64,000 nucleotides of DNA from an uncultured Rhodospirillaceae bacterium (GTDB lineage Bacteria; Pseudomonadota; Alphaproteobacteria; Rhodospirillales; Magnetospirillaceae): assembly GCA_903941105.1 (NCBI GenBank), contig CAJANL010000164.1:24408-88407 (forward strand). Direction: 5' to 3'. Position 1 is the first letter of the stretch. The number at the start of each line of letters is the position of its first letter. The notes beneath the pieces were generated by a model. The model saw only the letters and a program-made list of their open reading frames with translations. It searched no databases and was not told the origin of the DNA. Below are positions 19,293 to 27,984 of the stretch, piece after piece. A program made the position numbers and the translations under genes.

Positions 19293-19931
19293 ATGAGTTC
19301 CACGACCCGCATCCTGATCGTCAACGATGATACCCCCTTGCGCCGGGCGCTGGCCGAACATCTCGGCGCCCATGGCTTCGCCGTTGCCGAGGCGCAGACC
19401 GTTGCCGAGGGGCTGGCGCAGGCGCCGGATCACGATCTGGTGGTGGTGGACGATCACCCCCCCGGTCTGGACGGCCGCTCCCTGTGCCTCGCTCTGCGTG
19501 AGGCCGGACTGGTGACGCCCATGCTGCTGCTGACCGCCCATGCCGCGCCCTGCTGCGCCGACGCGGTGCTGGCCAAGCCGTTCCGCCTCGGTGCGTTGCT
19601 GACCGCCCTGCGCAGCCTCGTGGCGCGCCACCGCGCCGCCGCCCCCCTGGCCATCGGCCGCTGGCTGTTCGACCGCAGCCGGCGGCGGCTGTGCGACGGG
19701 GCCGGTCTCCAGATGCGGCTGACCGACAAGGAAGCGGCCATCCTGGAGCACCTGCACCATGCCGGCGGCGCGGTCACGCGCGAAACCCTGCTGGCCGAGG
19801 TCTGGGGCTATTCCGCCGCGGTGACCACCCACACCCTGGAAACCCATATCTACCGCCTGCGCCGCAAACTGGGTGAGGACGTCCTTCTTACCGAGCCCGG
19901 CGGCTACCGGCTGTCGCAGCCGGGCAGTTGA
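19293..19931 (+). CDS. OmpR-family response regulator (REC + winged-helix)
   Basis: ORF 19269..19931 trimmed to the ATG at 19293. Receiver region RILIVNDD...DLVVVDD...LLLTA...AKPF. C-terminal LTDKEAAILEHL...VWGY...THTLETHIYRLRRKL. Confidence 0.85.
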   Translation: MSSTTRILIVNDDTPLRRALAEHLGAHGFAVAEAQTVAEGLAQAPDHDLVVVDDHPPGLDGRSLCLALREAGLVTPMLLLTAHAAPCCADAVLAKPFRLGALLTALRSLVARHRAAAPLAIGRWLFDRSRRRLCDGAGLQMRLTDKEAAILEHLHHAGGAVTRETLLAEVWGYSAAVTTHTLETHIYRLRRKLGEDVLLTEPGGYRLSQPGS

Positions 19932-19989
19932 TGAGCGGCGAGAGGTCTCCCCCGGCTCCCGCCAGGGGAGGACAATGTGAACAGACTCC

Positions 19990-20526
19990 CTACCTCTTCT
20001 TCGGCGTCGCCGCCACGCTCTGGCTGGCGTGGATCTCGCGCGCCTGCCGTAGATGCTGCTCCAGGGTGGCGACGTTCTGCTCGGCGAAGGCTTTGAGCTC
20101 GGGGTTGCTGCCCTGGCGGGCCTGCTTGCGGAACGCTTCGATATCCTTCTGGTGGTCCTCGACCATCATCGGCATGTAGGCGGTGTCGAACTCCTCGCCC
20201 CGCAAGGCGGTGAGCTTGTCGGCCTCGGTCTTCTGCGTCGCGGGCAGTTCGGCGGGCGGGGCCATGGCGTGCTTGCGGGCGATGGCCTCAAGCTGGCGGT
20301 TGATCGCCTCATGGTCGCTGACCATGCGCTGACCGAAGGTCTTGACCGCCTCGCTGCCGCCCTGGTTCTTGGCCAGGGTGCCGAGCCGCACCTCCAGCAT
20401 GCCGTCGGCCATGGCGGTGGTGGTGAAGCTGCGGTCCTGGTCGCTGAGGCTGGTGTCGCTCTGGGCGAGGGCAGGTCCACCGGCCACCAGCGCGGCCAGC
20501 AGGACGGCGGTGGTGAATGATCGCAT
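19990..20526 (-). CDS. DUF4142 domain protein (secreted)
   Basis: 178 aa with a signal peptide. Two repeats of the F...M..DH...I..L / F..AYM..MV.DH...I pattern typical of DUF4142. Confidence 0.75.
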   Translation of the reverse strand: MRSFTTAVLLAALVAGGPALAQSDTSLSDQDRSFTTTAMADGMLEVRLGTLAKNQGGSEAVKTFGQRMVSDHEAINRQLEAIARKHAMAPPAELPATQKTEADKLTALRGEEFDTAYMPMMVEDHQKDIEAFRKQARQGSNPELKAFAEQNVATLEQHLRQAREIHASQSVAATPKKR

Positions 20527-20586
20527 GGCGGGCTCTCCTTGCTGTTGAGGCTTCGCAGGGAGAACACCGGCGGAGGGTTGCGGTTC

Positions 20587-22098
20587 CTAGCCGCGCCCCG
20601 GCATCAGGCGGCGATAGGTCAGCGCCTCGGCGATGTGCAGGCGCTTCACCGTGTCGGCTCCGTCGAGATCGGCCAGGGTGCGCGCCACCCGTAGTACCCG
20701 ATGCCAGCCGCGCGCCGTCAGGCGCATGCGCTCGGCCGCCTCGGTGAGCAGGGCGCGGCCAAGGGCGTCGGGCGAGGCGACCCGTTCGAGCAGTTCGCCA
20801 TCCGCCTCGGCGTTGGTGCGGACGCGCTCGCCGGCATAGCGCTCCAGTTGCACCGCGCGCGCCGCAGCCACCCGGCCCGCCACCTCGGTGGAACCCTCGG
20901 CCGGCGGCGGCAGCGACAGGTCGGCGGGGCTGACGGCCGGCACCTCCACGTGCAGGTCGATGCGGTCGAACAGGGGACCGGAGATGCGCGACTGGTAGTC
21001 CTGGCCGCATTTCGGCGCCTTGTTGCAGGCCAGCGCCGGATCGGCGAGGTGGCCGCAGCGGCAGGGGTTCATGGCCGCCACCAGCTGGATACGGGCCGGA
21101 TAGCTGACATGGGCGTTGGCCCGCGCCACCACGGCGCGTCCGGATTCCAGCGGCTGGCGCAGGGCTTCGAGGGCGCCGCGCTGGAACTCGGGCAACTCGT
21201 CGAGGAACAGCACGCCAAGATGGGCCAGCGACACCTCGCCCGGCCGCGCCCGCATGCCACCGCCCACCAAGGACGGAACGGAGGCGGAATGATGCGGGTC
21301 GCGGAAGGGGCGCCGCCGCAGCAGGCGGCCCTGCGACAGCTGCCCGGCCACCGAGTGGATCATGCTGACCTCCAACGCCTCGGCCGGTTCCAAGGGCGGC
21401 AGGATGCCGGGCAGGCGGGCCGCCAGCATGGACTTGCCCGAGCCGGGCGGTCCCATCATCAGCAGGTTGTGGGCGCCGGCCGCCGCCACTTCGAGGGCTC
21501 GCTTGGCCGATTCCTGGCCCTTGATGTCGCGCAGGTCGAGACCGGGGCCGTCGTCGCCGGCCATCATCGGCGTCGGGCGCGGCAGCAACTGCAGCCCCTT
21601 GAAGTGGTTGATCAGCGCCAGCAGCGACGGCGCCGCCAGCACCTCGACCTCGCCGGCCCAGGCGGCCTCGGAGCCCTGCGCCGCCGGACAGATCAGCCCG
21701 CGCCCGCTTGCATTGGCGGTGATCGCCGCCGGCAGCACGCCGGCCACCGCGGCGATGGAGCCGTCGAGCCCCAGCTCGCCCAGGCTGACATAGCCCGCCA
21801 CCTCCTCGGGCGGCAGCACCGCCATGGCGGCCAGTAGGCCCAGGGCGATGGGCAGGTCGAAATGGCTGCCCTCCTTCAGCAGGTCGGCCGGTGCCAGGTT
21901 GACGGTGATTCGTTTCGGCGGCAGCGCCAATCCGAGGGCGTTGAAGGCGGCCCGCACCCGCTCGCGGCTTTCCCCCACCGCCTTGTCGGGCAGCCCGACG
22001 ATGGTGAAGGCCGGCAACCCGCCGGCCACCTGGACCTGGACGTCGATATCGAGGCAGTCGATGCCGGAAAAGGCGACGGTGGGTGCGTGGGTGGTCAT
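20587..22098 (-). CDS. YifB/ComM family ATP-dependent Mg-chelatase-like protein
   Basis: 503 aa. Lon-protease-like N-terminal domain, Walker A MMGPPGSGKSMLA, Walker B VLFLDELPEF, then a C-terminal Mg-chelatase ChlI-like region. Confidence 0.92.
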   Translation of the reverse strand: MTTHAPTVAFSGIDCLDIDVQVQVAGGLPAFTIVGLPDKAVGESRERVRAAFNALGLALPPKRITVNLAPADLLKEGSHFDLPIALGLLAAMAVLPPEEVAGYVSLGELGLDGSIAAVAGVLPAAITANASGRGLICPAAQGSEAAWAGEVEVLAAPSLLALINHFKGLQLLPRPTPMMAGDDGPGLDLRDIKGQESAKRALEVAAAGAHNLLMMGPPGSGKSMLAARLPGILPPLEPAEALEVSMIHSVAGQLSQGRLLRRRPFRDPHHSASVPSLVGGGMRARPGEVSLAHLGVLFLDELPEFQRGALEALRQPLESGRAVVARANAHVSYPARIQLVAAMNPCRCGHLADPALACNKAPKCGQDYQSRISGPLFDRIDLHVEVPAVSPADLSLPPPAEGSTEVAGRVAAARAVQLERYAGERVRTNAEADGELLERVASPDALGRALLTEAAERMRLTARGWHRVLRVARTLADLDGADTVKRLHIAEALTYRRLMPGRG

Positions 22099-22284
22099 GC
22101 GGCCGGTATTTCCCCCGATGAGGGTGGGATGATACTCAATGCATAGAGCCCACGCCAGGGTTGCCTATATCTCGGGCCATGCCGGATTCGTATAGTTGCC
22201 ACCTGTTAAGGCCCGTGGGAATCAGCAGTTGAGACGCGTAGATTATCACTATGGGGTTGCGGGCATCATGGGTGGAGCCTGCTG

Positions 22285-23763
22285 ATGCGAGCCAAGGGCT
22301 TTTTGCTGGAAATCCTCTCCTTTGCCTTTTGGGCGGCGCTGGTTTCCACGTCTCTGTGGCGCAGTAACGGCCTGCATGACCAGCAGGTCCGCGATGTGGC
22401 CGAGGCGCGGGCGCGTATGCTGTTCACCATGGTCGAGACCATGCGGCTGTGGAACGCCAGCCACGGCGGTCTTTACGCCACGGTGGACGACTCGAACCAG
22501 CCCAACCCCTATCTCGACGTGTTGGAACGCGACGTTGAGATCTTCGGGCGTCCCTATACCAAGATCAATCCAGCCTATATGACCCGCCAGCTGTCCGAGA
22601 TGTTCCGTGCCCGAAAGGGCATGCAGTTCCACCTCACCTCGGCCAATCCGATTCGTCCCGCCAACGCGCCGGATGCCTGGGAGGCAACGACCTTGGCCGG
22701 CTTCGCCGCCGGTGGCCGCGAAGTCTTCGAACTGACCCCTGTCGAGGGCGGCCAGGCCTTCCGCTACATGGCGGCGCTCACGGTTGAGAAGCCTTGCCTG
22801 CAGTGCCACGCCAAGCAGGACTATCGCCTGGGTGACGTGCGTGGCGGCATCAGTGTCAGCCTGCCCGCCGCTCCCGTCATCGCCGAACTGGAGCCGCAGC
22901 GCCACCATACCATTTTGGTCCATGGCGTCGGATTCGTGCTGCTGTGGGGCGCCTCGCTGCTGTTCATCGCCCGCCTCAAGCAGAGCTGGCGCGGGTTGGC
23001 CGCGGCCCGGGCCGACCAGGATCGCCTGATCACCGAGCGCACCGCCGAGTTGCGTGCCGCAGTCGACGATCTCGCCCGCTCCAACGCCGAGCTGGAGCAG
23101 TTCGCCTATGTCGCCTCGCATGATCTGCAGGAGCCGCTGCGGATGATGGGGACCTACGCCCAGCTCATCGAGCGGCGCTACGCCGAGCGCCTCGACGACG
23201 AGGGCCGCGAGTTCATCGGCTTCATGACCGAGGGTGCCGGCCGCATGCGGGCGATGATCGACGACCTGCTGGCCTATTCCCGGGTTGATCGTGGTCCACC
23301 GGTCTTCGCGGCGGTGGACAGCGAGCTGGCGCTCGACACCGCCCTGGCCAATCTGGCCGCCGCCGTGACGGAATCCAAGGCCGCCGTCGTCCGTCCGTCG
23401 GTGTTGCCCTTGGTGTGGGGCGAGGCGGCACCGCTGGCGCGCCTGTTCCAGAATGTGGTGGGCAATGCCCTCAAATATCGTCATCCCGACCGCCCGCCCC
23501 GGGTGGAAGTCACCGTGGCGACGGACAAGGCGGGTTGGGCCACCTTCTCGGTGCGGGATAACGGCATCGGCATCCCCGAGGACTGCCGCGAACGGGTGTT
23601 CCAGATCTTCCAGCGGCTGCACGCCCGTGGTGCCTATCCCGGCACCGGCATCGGCCTCGCTATCGCCAAGAAGATCGTCGAACGCCATGGCGGCAGCATC
23701 TGGATCGAGGCCGCCGGCGATGGCGGCAGCGTTTTCCGCTTCACCCTGCCATTGGCAAAGTGA
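22285..23763 (+). CDS. sensor histidine kinase with a DUF3365-type (CxxCH heme-binding) periplasmic domain
   Basis: 492 aa. Two TM segments flank a domain containing EKPCLQCHAKQDYRLGDVRGGISVSL. H-box FAYVASHDLQEPLRMM. HATPase motifs NALKY, RDNGIGI and GTGIGLAIAKKIV. Confidence 0.85.
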   Translation: MRAKGFLLEILSFAFWAALVSTSLWRSNGLHDQQVRDVAEARARMLFTMVETMRLWNASHGGLYATVDDSNQPNPYLDVLERDVEIFGRPYTKINPAYMTRQLSEMFRARKGMQFHLTSANPIRPANAPDAWEATTLAGFAAGGREVFELTPVEGGQAFRYMAALTVEKPCLQCHAKQDYRLGDVRGGISVSLPAAPVIAELEPQRHHTILVHGVGFVLLWGASLLFIARLKQSWRGLAAARADQDRLITERTAELRAAVDDLARSNAELEQFAYVASHDLQEPLRMMGTYAQLIERRYAERLDDEGREFIGFMTEGAGRMRAMIDDLLAYSRVDRGPPVFAAVDSELALDTALANLAAAVTESKAAVVRPSVLPLVWGEAAPLARLFQNVVGNALKYRHPDRPPRVEVTVATDKAGWATFSVRDNGIGIPEDCRERVFQIFQRLHARGAYPGTGIGLAIAKKIVERHGGSIWIEAAGDGGSVFRFTLPLAK

Positions 23764-24149
23764 CGAAATATCAATAGGTTATAGCCGCCCGTGGTAACTG
23801 GGGCAACACCCCGGGCCGGCAGGGGCAGCATCCTTCCATGGAGGTGTGCTCGGCCGCCGTGTGTCCGTCGAGACGGCCGGTTGCAATGATCGGCGACGGG
23901 CCTCGCGCGGGGCTTTGCGCCGTACGGCATCGCGACGGATGGCCGGGTCGAGCCCGGCCATGACGGGGGAAAGGGAGACCGTGCGACTCCGGACGTTGCT
24001 GCGGCGGAACGGGGAGCTTCCCCTCAACTCGCACCGCAGTTGCGCGACAACTGCGACCGCAGATGTCGACGGCCTGACCGACATCGTTGCAACTACATCT
24101 GCCGGCGATAGCTTCACAAACACAGGATAACATCTTGATATCGCTATAT

Positions 24150-25115
24150 TTACGCCGTTGGTGACGGGGCACCGGAAACGCGGCGGATTTCGATGGCATC
24201 CCAGATTTGAGACTCGATCTTCACCTCGTCGAAGCGGTTGATCTCCTGAATCCCGGTGGGCGAGGTGACGTTGATCTCGGTGAGATAGTCGCCGATGACG
24301 TCGATGCCGACAAAAATCAGGCCGCGTGCCGACAGGGTCGGGCCGATGGCCTCACAGATTTCCCGCTCCCGCGACGTCAGCTCGGTCTTGCAGGCGGTAC
24401 CACCGACGTGAAGGTTCGAGCGGGCCTCGCCGGCCTGCGGCACCCGGTTGACGGCGCCGGCCGGCACGCCGTCCACCAGGATGATACGCTTGTCGCCGGC
24501 CCGGACCTGCGGCAGGTATTGCTGCACGATCACCGGCTCGCGATAGAGTTGAGTGAACAGCTCCAGCAGGCTGTTGAGGTTCTCGTCGCCTGGCGTGACG
24601 TGGAACACCCCGGCACCGCCGTTGCCGAACAGGGGCTTCAGCACGATATCCTTGTATTCATTGCGAAAATCCAGGATGTGGCGGCGATCCGAGGTAATCA
24701 GCGTCGGCGGCAGCAGCCCCTCGAAATGGGTGACCAGCAGCTTCTCGGGGGCGTTGCGCACCTGCACCGGATCGTTGACCACCAGGGTGTGCGGGTGAAT
24801 ATGCTCCAGCAGGTGGGTGGCGGTGATATAGGCCATGTCGAAGGGCGGGTCTTGGCGCATCAGGACCACGTCCAGGGTGGCGAGGTCGACCAGTTGCGCC
24901 TCGCCCAGGCGGAAATGGTCGCCCTTGACCCGCCGGACCTCCAGCGGCCGCACCCAGGCCGAGACGCGGCCGTTCTTCAGCGACAGGTGCTGCGGCAGGT
25001 AGTGAAACAGCGCATGGCCGCGCGCCTGCGCCTCCAGCGCCAGCACAAAGGTCGAATCGGCGTCGATGTTGATGGACTCCATGGGGTCCATCTGCAGGCC
25101 TACGGCGAGGCTCAT
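24150..25115 (-). CDS. gshB: glutathione synthetase
   Basis: 321 aa. [27 protein letters not shown]-grasp motif [22 protein letters not shown]. Confidence 0.93.
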   Translation of the reverse strand: MSLAVGLQMDPMESINIDADSTFVLALEAQARGHALFHYLPQHLSLKNGRVSAWVRPLEVRRVKGDHFRLGEAQLVDLATLDVVLMRQDPPFDMAYITATHLLEHIHPHTLVVNDPVQVRNAPEKLLVTHFEGLLPPTLITSDRRHILDFRNEYKDIVLKPLFGNGGAGVFHVTPGDENLNSLLELFTQLYREPVIVQQYLPQVRAGDKRIILVDGVPAGAVNRVPQAGEARSNLHVGGTACKTELTSREREICEAIGPTLSARGLIFVGIDVIGDYLTEINVTSPTGIQEINRFDEVKIESQIWDAIEIRRVSGAPSPTA

Positions 25116-25166
25116 GGGCGATTCTCCTCGAACTCGGGGGGCGAAATCAGGGGGCCTCGGGCAATC

Positions 25167-25994
25167 CTACATCCGGCCCTTGAGTTCGGCCAGCAGCGCC
25201 TGGGTGCGGGCCCTGGCCTGGGGGTTGCCGGTGCGGACGACGAATTGCTCCAGGGCCGCCACCGCCTCGCCCATGTGGTCGAGGCGCATGTGCATCATCC
25301 CCGCCTCGCGCCACAGTGACGCCTGATCGGGGGCGAACAACAGCACGCCCTCGACAACCGCTAGTGCCGCCTCGACCTGACCGGCCCGCAGCAGGGATAA
25401 TTTGCTGGCATTCTCCAGCCGGATCAGCAACTGCCGGGCGCCGAGGGAAGCGTGGTGGCCGGGCTCCAGCTCGGCGGCGGCGCCGCACACCGCCTTTAAT
25501 TGGGCCCGCATGGCCGGAGCGTCGAACGCTGCGCCCCCGGCAAAGGGGTCGACGATCACCCGTCCGCCCGACTCGTCCTCGACGCGCACCAGCAGATGAA
25601 CGGGGAAGGCCAGCGCTTCGGCGCGCCATCCGGCGCGCCGCGCCACCGCCAGCCACAGCAGGCCCACCGCCTCGGGAGTGCCGTGACGGTCGCGCAGCAG
25701 ATCGATCAGGGTGGCACCACAGGACTCGGAGTCGTCACCGCCGAAGCCGTGGCGATCGGCGAGGACCGTGGCCAGGGCCAGGGCCCGACCCTCGGCACCC
25801 ATGGCCATCGCGGTGCCGGCCTCGGCGACCTCGGCGGCCAGGGCGGCCAGATGGGCGAGATGGGGTTCGATGGAGCGGCGCGGCCGCTGCAGCGTGGCCA
25901 GCAGCAGGGCCGTTTCCACCGCATCGATATCGGCGTCGGCGGCGCCGGCCAGGGCGGCCAGCCGTATCCTGGGCGGCTGGCTCGCGACCGTCAT
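25167..25994 (-). CDS. SirB1/UPF0162-like protein (transglutaminase-like N-terminal domain + TPR-like C-terminal domain)
   Basis: 275 aa. The central block GTPEAVGLLWLAVARRAGWRAEALAFPVHLLVRV fits the transglutaminase-like core. The C-terminal helical repeats look like TPR. Confidence 0.65.
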   Translation of the reverse strand: MTVASQPPRIRLAALAGAADADIDAVETALLLATLQRPRRSIEPHLAHLAALAAEVAEAGTAMAMGAEGRALALATVLADRHGFGGDDSESCGATLIDLLRDRHGTPEAVGLLWLAVARRAGWRAEALAFPVHLLVRVEDESGGRVIVDPFAGGAAFDAPAMRAQLKAVCGAAAELEPGHHASLGARQLLIRLENASKLSLLRAGQVEAALAVVEGVLLFAPDQASLWREAGMMHMRLDHMGEAVAALEQFVVRTGNPQARARTQALLAELKGRM

Positions 25995-25996
25995 GG

Positions 25997-26596
25997 TCAG
26001 CCGGAAATCCGGCGGGGATCGTTGCGCAGCCGGACGTGGTTCACCACCCGCTTGACGCCGGAGATGTCGCGGGCATGGGCGATGACGCGTTCCAGCTCGC
26101 CGTCGTTCTGCGCGATCCCCATCAGGTAGACGACGGCGTCCACCACCTCGATCGTATAGTTGATGTTGCGAATCTCCTTGTCGAACATCAGCCGGCCCTT
26201 GAGTTTCTGCGAGATCACCACGTCGCGCCCCGAATCGAGCACCGAGCTGTCGCCGACCTGGACCTCGTTGATGACCTCCTTGACGCCCACCGCCTGCCAG
26301 GCCAGCCGCACCGCGTCGACGCGGGCTTCCTGCTTGGGCACGATGCCGGTCAGCAGCACCCGGCCCTCGCTGATGGTCAGCGCCACCTGGCGATACATCT
26401 CGATATCGTGCTGAAACCAGTAGTGGTTGATTTCGGCCCGGATCTTGACGTCGTCGATGGCGCCCTCAAGGCCGCGCTCCTCGGCGGCGGCGACACCGGC
26501 GGTGGCGCCGGCCCCGATCACCGTGGGGGCGCAGGCGCCAAGGCCGAGGGCGGCGGCGAGCAGAAGGGCGGCAGACGGCAGTCGAATGGCGGTCAC
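25997..26596 (-). CDS. BON-domain lipoprotein (DolP/OsmY-like)
   Basis: 199 aa with a GTG start and lipobox LGLGAC. Two BON-like repeats (VALTISEGRVLLTGIV...; IEVVDAVVYLMGIA...GVKRVVNHV). Confidence 0.8.
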   Translation of the reverse strand: MTAIRLPSAALLLAAALGLGACAPTVIGAGATAGVAAAEERGLEGAIDDVKIRAEINHYWFQHDIEMYRQVALTISEGRVLLTGIVPKQEARVDAVRLAWQAVGVKEVINEVQVGDSSVLDSGRDVVISQKLKGRLMFDKEIRNINYTIEVVDAVVYLMGIAQNDGELERVIAHARDISGVKRVVNHVRLRNDPRRISG

Positions 26597-26653
26597 GGCG
26601 AAGTCACCTCATCAGTTGGGCCGGCCTTAGTCTAAGGATGCGGCGGCCCGGCC

Positions 26654-27055
26654 TCAAGCATCCATACGCCCATCCCGACGCACTTCCGGCCACCAGGCGG
26701 CAATGACATGCAGGGGCCAGCGTCCCGGTGCCACCAGCACGGCGTCGAAGCGGATGTCGAGGCCGGCCAGTTCGGGGCGACGGGCGAGAAACGCCTCGGC
26801 GCCGCGCACGATGCGGCGGCGCTGCCGCGACGAGATCGCCGCGGCCGCCTCGGCCCGGCTCGGTCGCGCCTTGACCTCGACGAAGGCCAGCACGCGGCCG
26901 CGGCGGGCGACGATGTCGACCTCGCCGGCCCCCGAGCCGCGCCCGCTGACCTCGCCGCGCGCCAGGATGCTGAAGCCCTTGAGGCGCAGCCATAGCACGG
27001 CGAGGGTTTCGGCCCAGACCCCCCGGCGTCGGGATGCTTCGCGGGCGGACGTCAC
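26654..27055 (-). CDS. yraN: YraN family endonuclease-like protein (UPF0102)
   Basis: 133 aa. GE..A..WL...G..IL and GEVDIVARRGRVLAFVEVKAR patterns. GTGA overlap with the rsmI stop. Confidence 0.8.
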   Translation of the reverse strand: MTSAREASRRRGVWAETLAVLWLRLKGFSILARGEVSGRGSGAGEVDIVARRGRVLAFVEVKARPSRAEAAAAISSRQRRRIVRGAEAFLARRPELAGLDIRFDAVLVAPGRWPLHVIAAWWPEVRRDGRMDA

Positions 27056-27984
27056 TCGTTGTTACTACGGAACAGTTTCAGCGCCCGGGCATAGACCTCC
27101 CGGCGCTGATGGCCGGTCTCGGCGGCGATGAGGGCGGCGGCGTCCTTGATCGAGGCACCGCCGGCGACAGCGGCGGCCAGCCGGCGGTCGAGATCGTCCG
27201 GGGTGACGGGAGTGGCGGCGCCGGGGGGCGCCACCACCACCACCACCTCGCCCCTGGGCGGGCCTGCCTCGGCGAAATGCTGCGACAGCTCGAACAGGCG
27301 GCCGCGCACCACCTCCTCGTGCATCTTGGTCAACTCGCGCGCCACCGCGGCGCCGCGGTCGCCCAGCACCGCCGCCATGTCGGCCAGCGTTTCGGGCAGG
27401 CGGTGCGGCGCTTCGTAGAACACCAGCGAGGCCGGGGTGGATTCCAGCTCCTTCAGCACTGCGCGTCGCGCCGCGCCCTTGCCCGGCAGGAAGCCGGCGA
27501 ACAGGAAGCGGTCGGCCGGCAGGCCCGACAATTGCAGCGCCGCCAGTGCCGCCGAGGGGCCGGGCACCGCGGTCACCGGCACCCCTTCCTCGATGCAGGC
27601 TCGCACCAGCGCCCAGCCGGGGTCGGAGACCAGGGGCGTGCCGGCGTCGGAGACCAGCGCCACCACCGCCCCCTGTTTCAGATGCGCCATCAGCTCGCGG
27701 CCGGCCTTCTCGGCATTGTGCTCGTGATAGGGCAGCAACGGGCGCTTGAGGCCCAGCAGCATCAACAGCTTGCCGGTGACCCGGCTGTCCTCGCAGGCCA
27801 CCATGTCGGCCTCGGCCAGCACATCCAGGGCGCGCAGCGTGATGTCGCGGATGTTCCCGATGGGAGTAGCCACCAGATAGAGGCCCGCCGCCGGTTTACT
27901 TCCAATCCGGCGCGGTCTACCCTCTGGCCCGCCGTCGACTTCCACGGAGGGTCCCGTTGCGCCGGTTTGCCGCTGCCTTGCCAT
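27052..27984 (-). CDS. rsmI: 16S rRNA (cytidine1402-2'-O)-methyltransferase
   Basis: 310 aa. GLYLVATPIGNIRDITLRALDVL..ADMVACEDSR and VALVSDAGTPLVSDPG. The annotated ATG overlaps the divergent LpoA-like start by 28 nt; an internal GTG at 27942 would remove the overlap. Confidence 0.9.
   Translation of the reverse strand: MARQRQTGATGPSVEVDGGPEGRPRRIGSKPAAGLYLVATPIGNIRDITLRALDVLAEADMVACEDSRVTGKLLMLLGLKRPLLPYHEHNAEKAGRELMAHLKQGAVVALVSDAGTPLVSDPGWALVRACIEEGVPVTAVPGPSAALAALQLSGLPADRFLFAGFLPGKGAARRAVLKELESTPASLVFYEAPHRLPETLADMAAVLGDRGAAVARELTKMHEEVVRGRLFELSQHFAEAGPPRGEVVVVVAPPGAATPVTPDDLDRRLAAAVAGGASIKDAAALIAAETGHQRREVYARALKLFRSNNE

Noticed and set aside
23771-24199. ORFs of 94-142 aa in the kinase/gshB spacer
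   Set aside because: Their translations are Cys/Arg/Pro-rich. All three overlap one another on both strands, none has an RBS, and one runs into the gshB 3' end.
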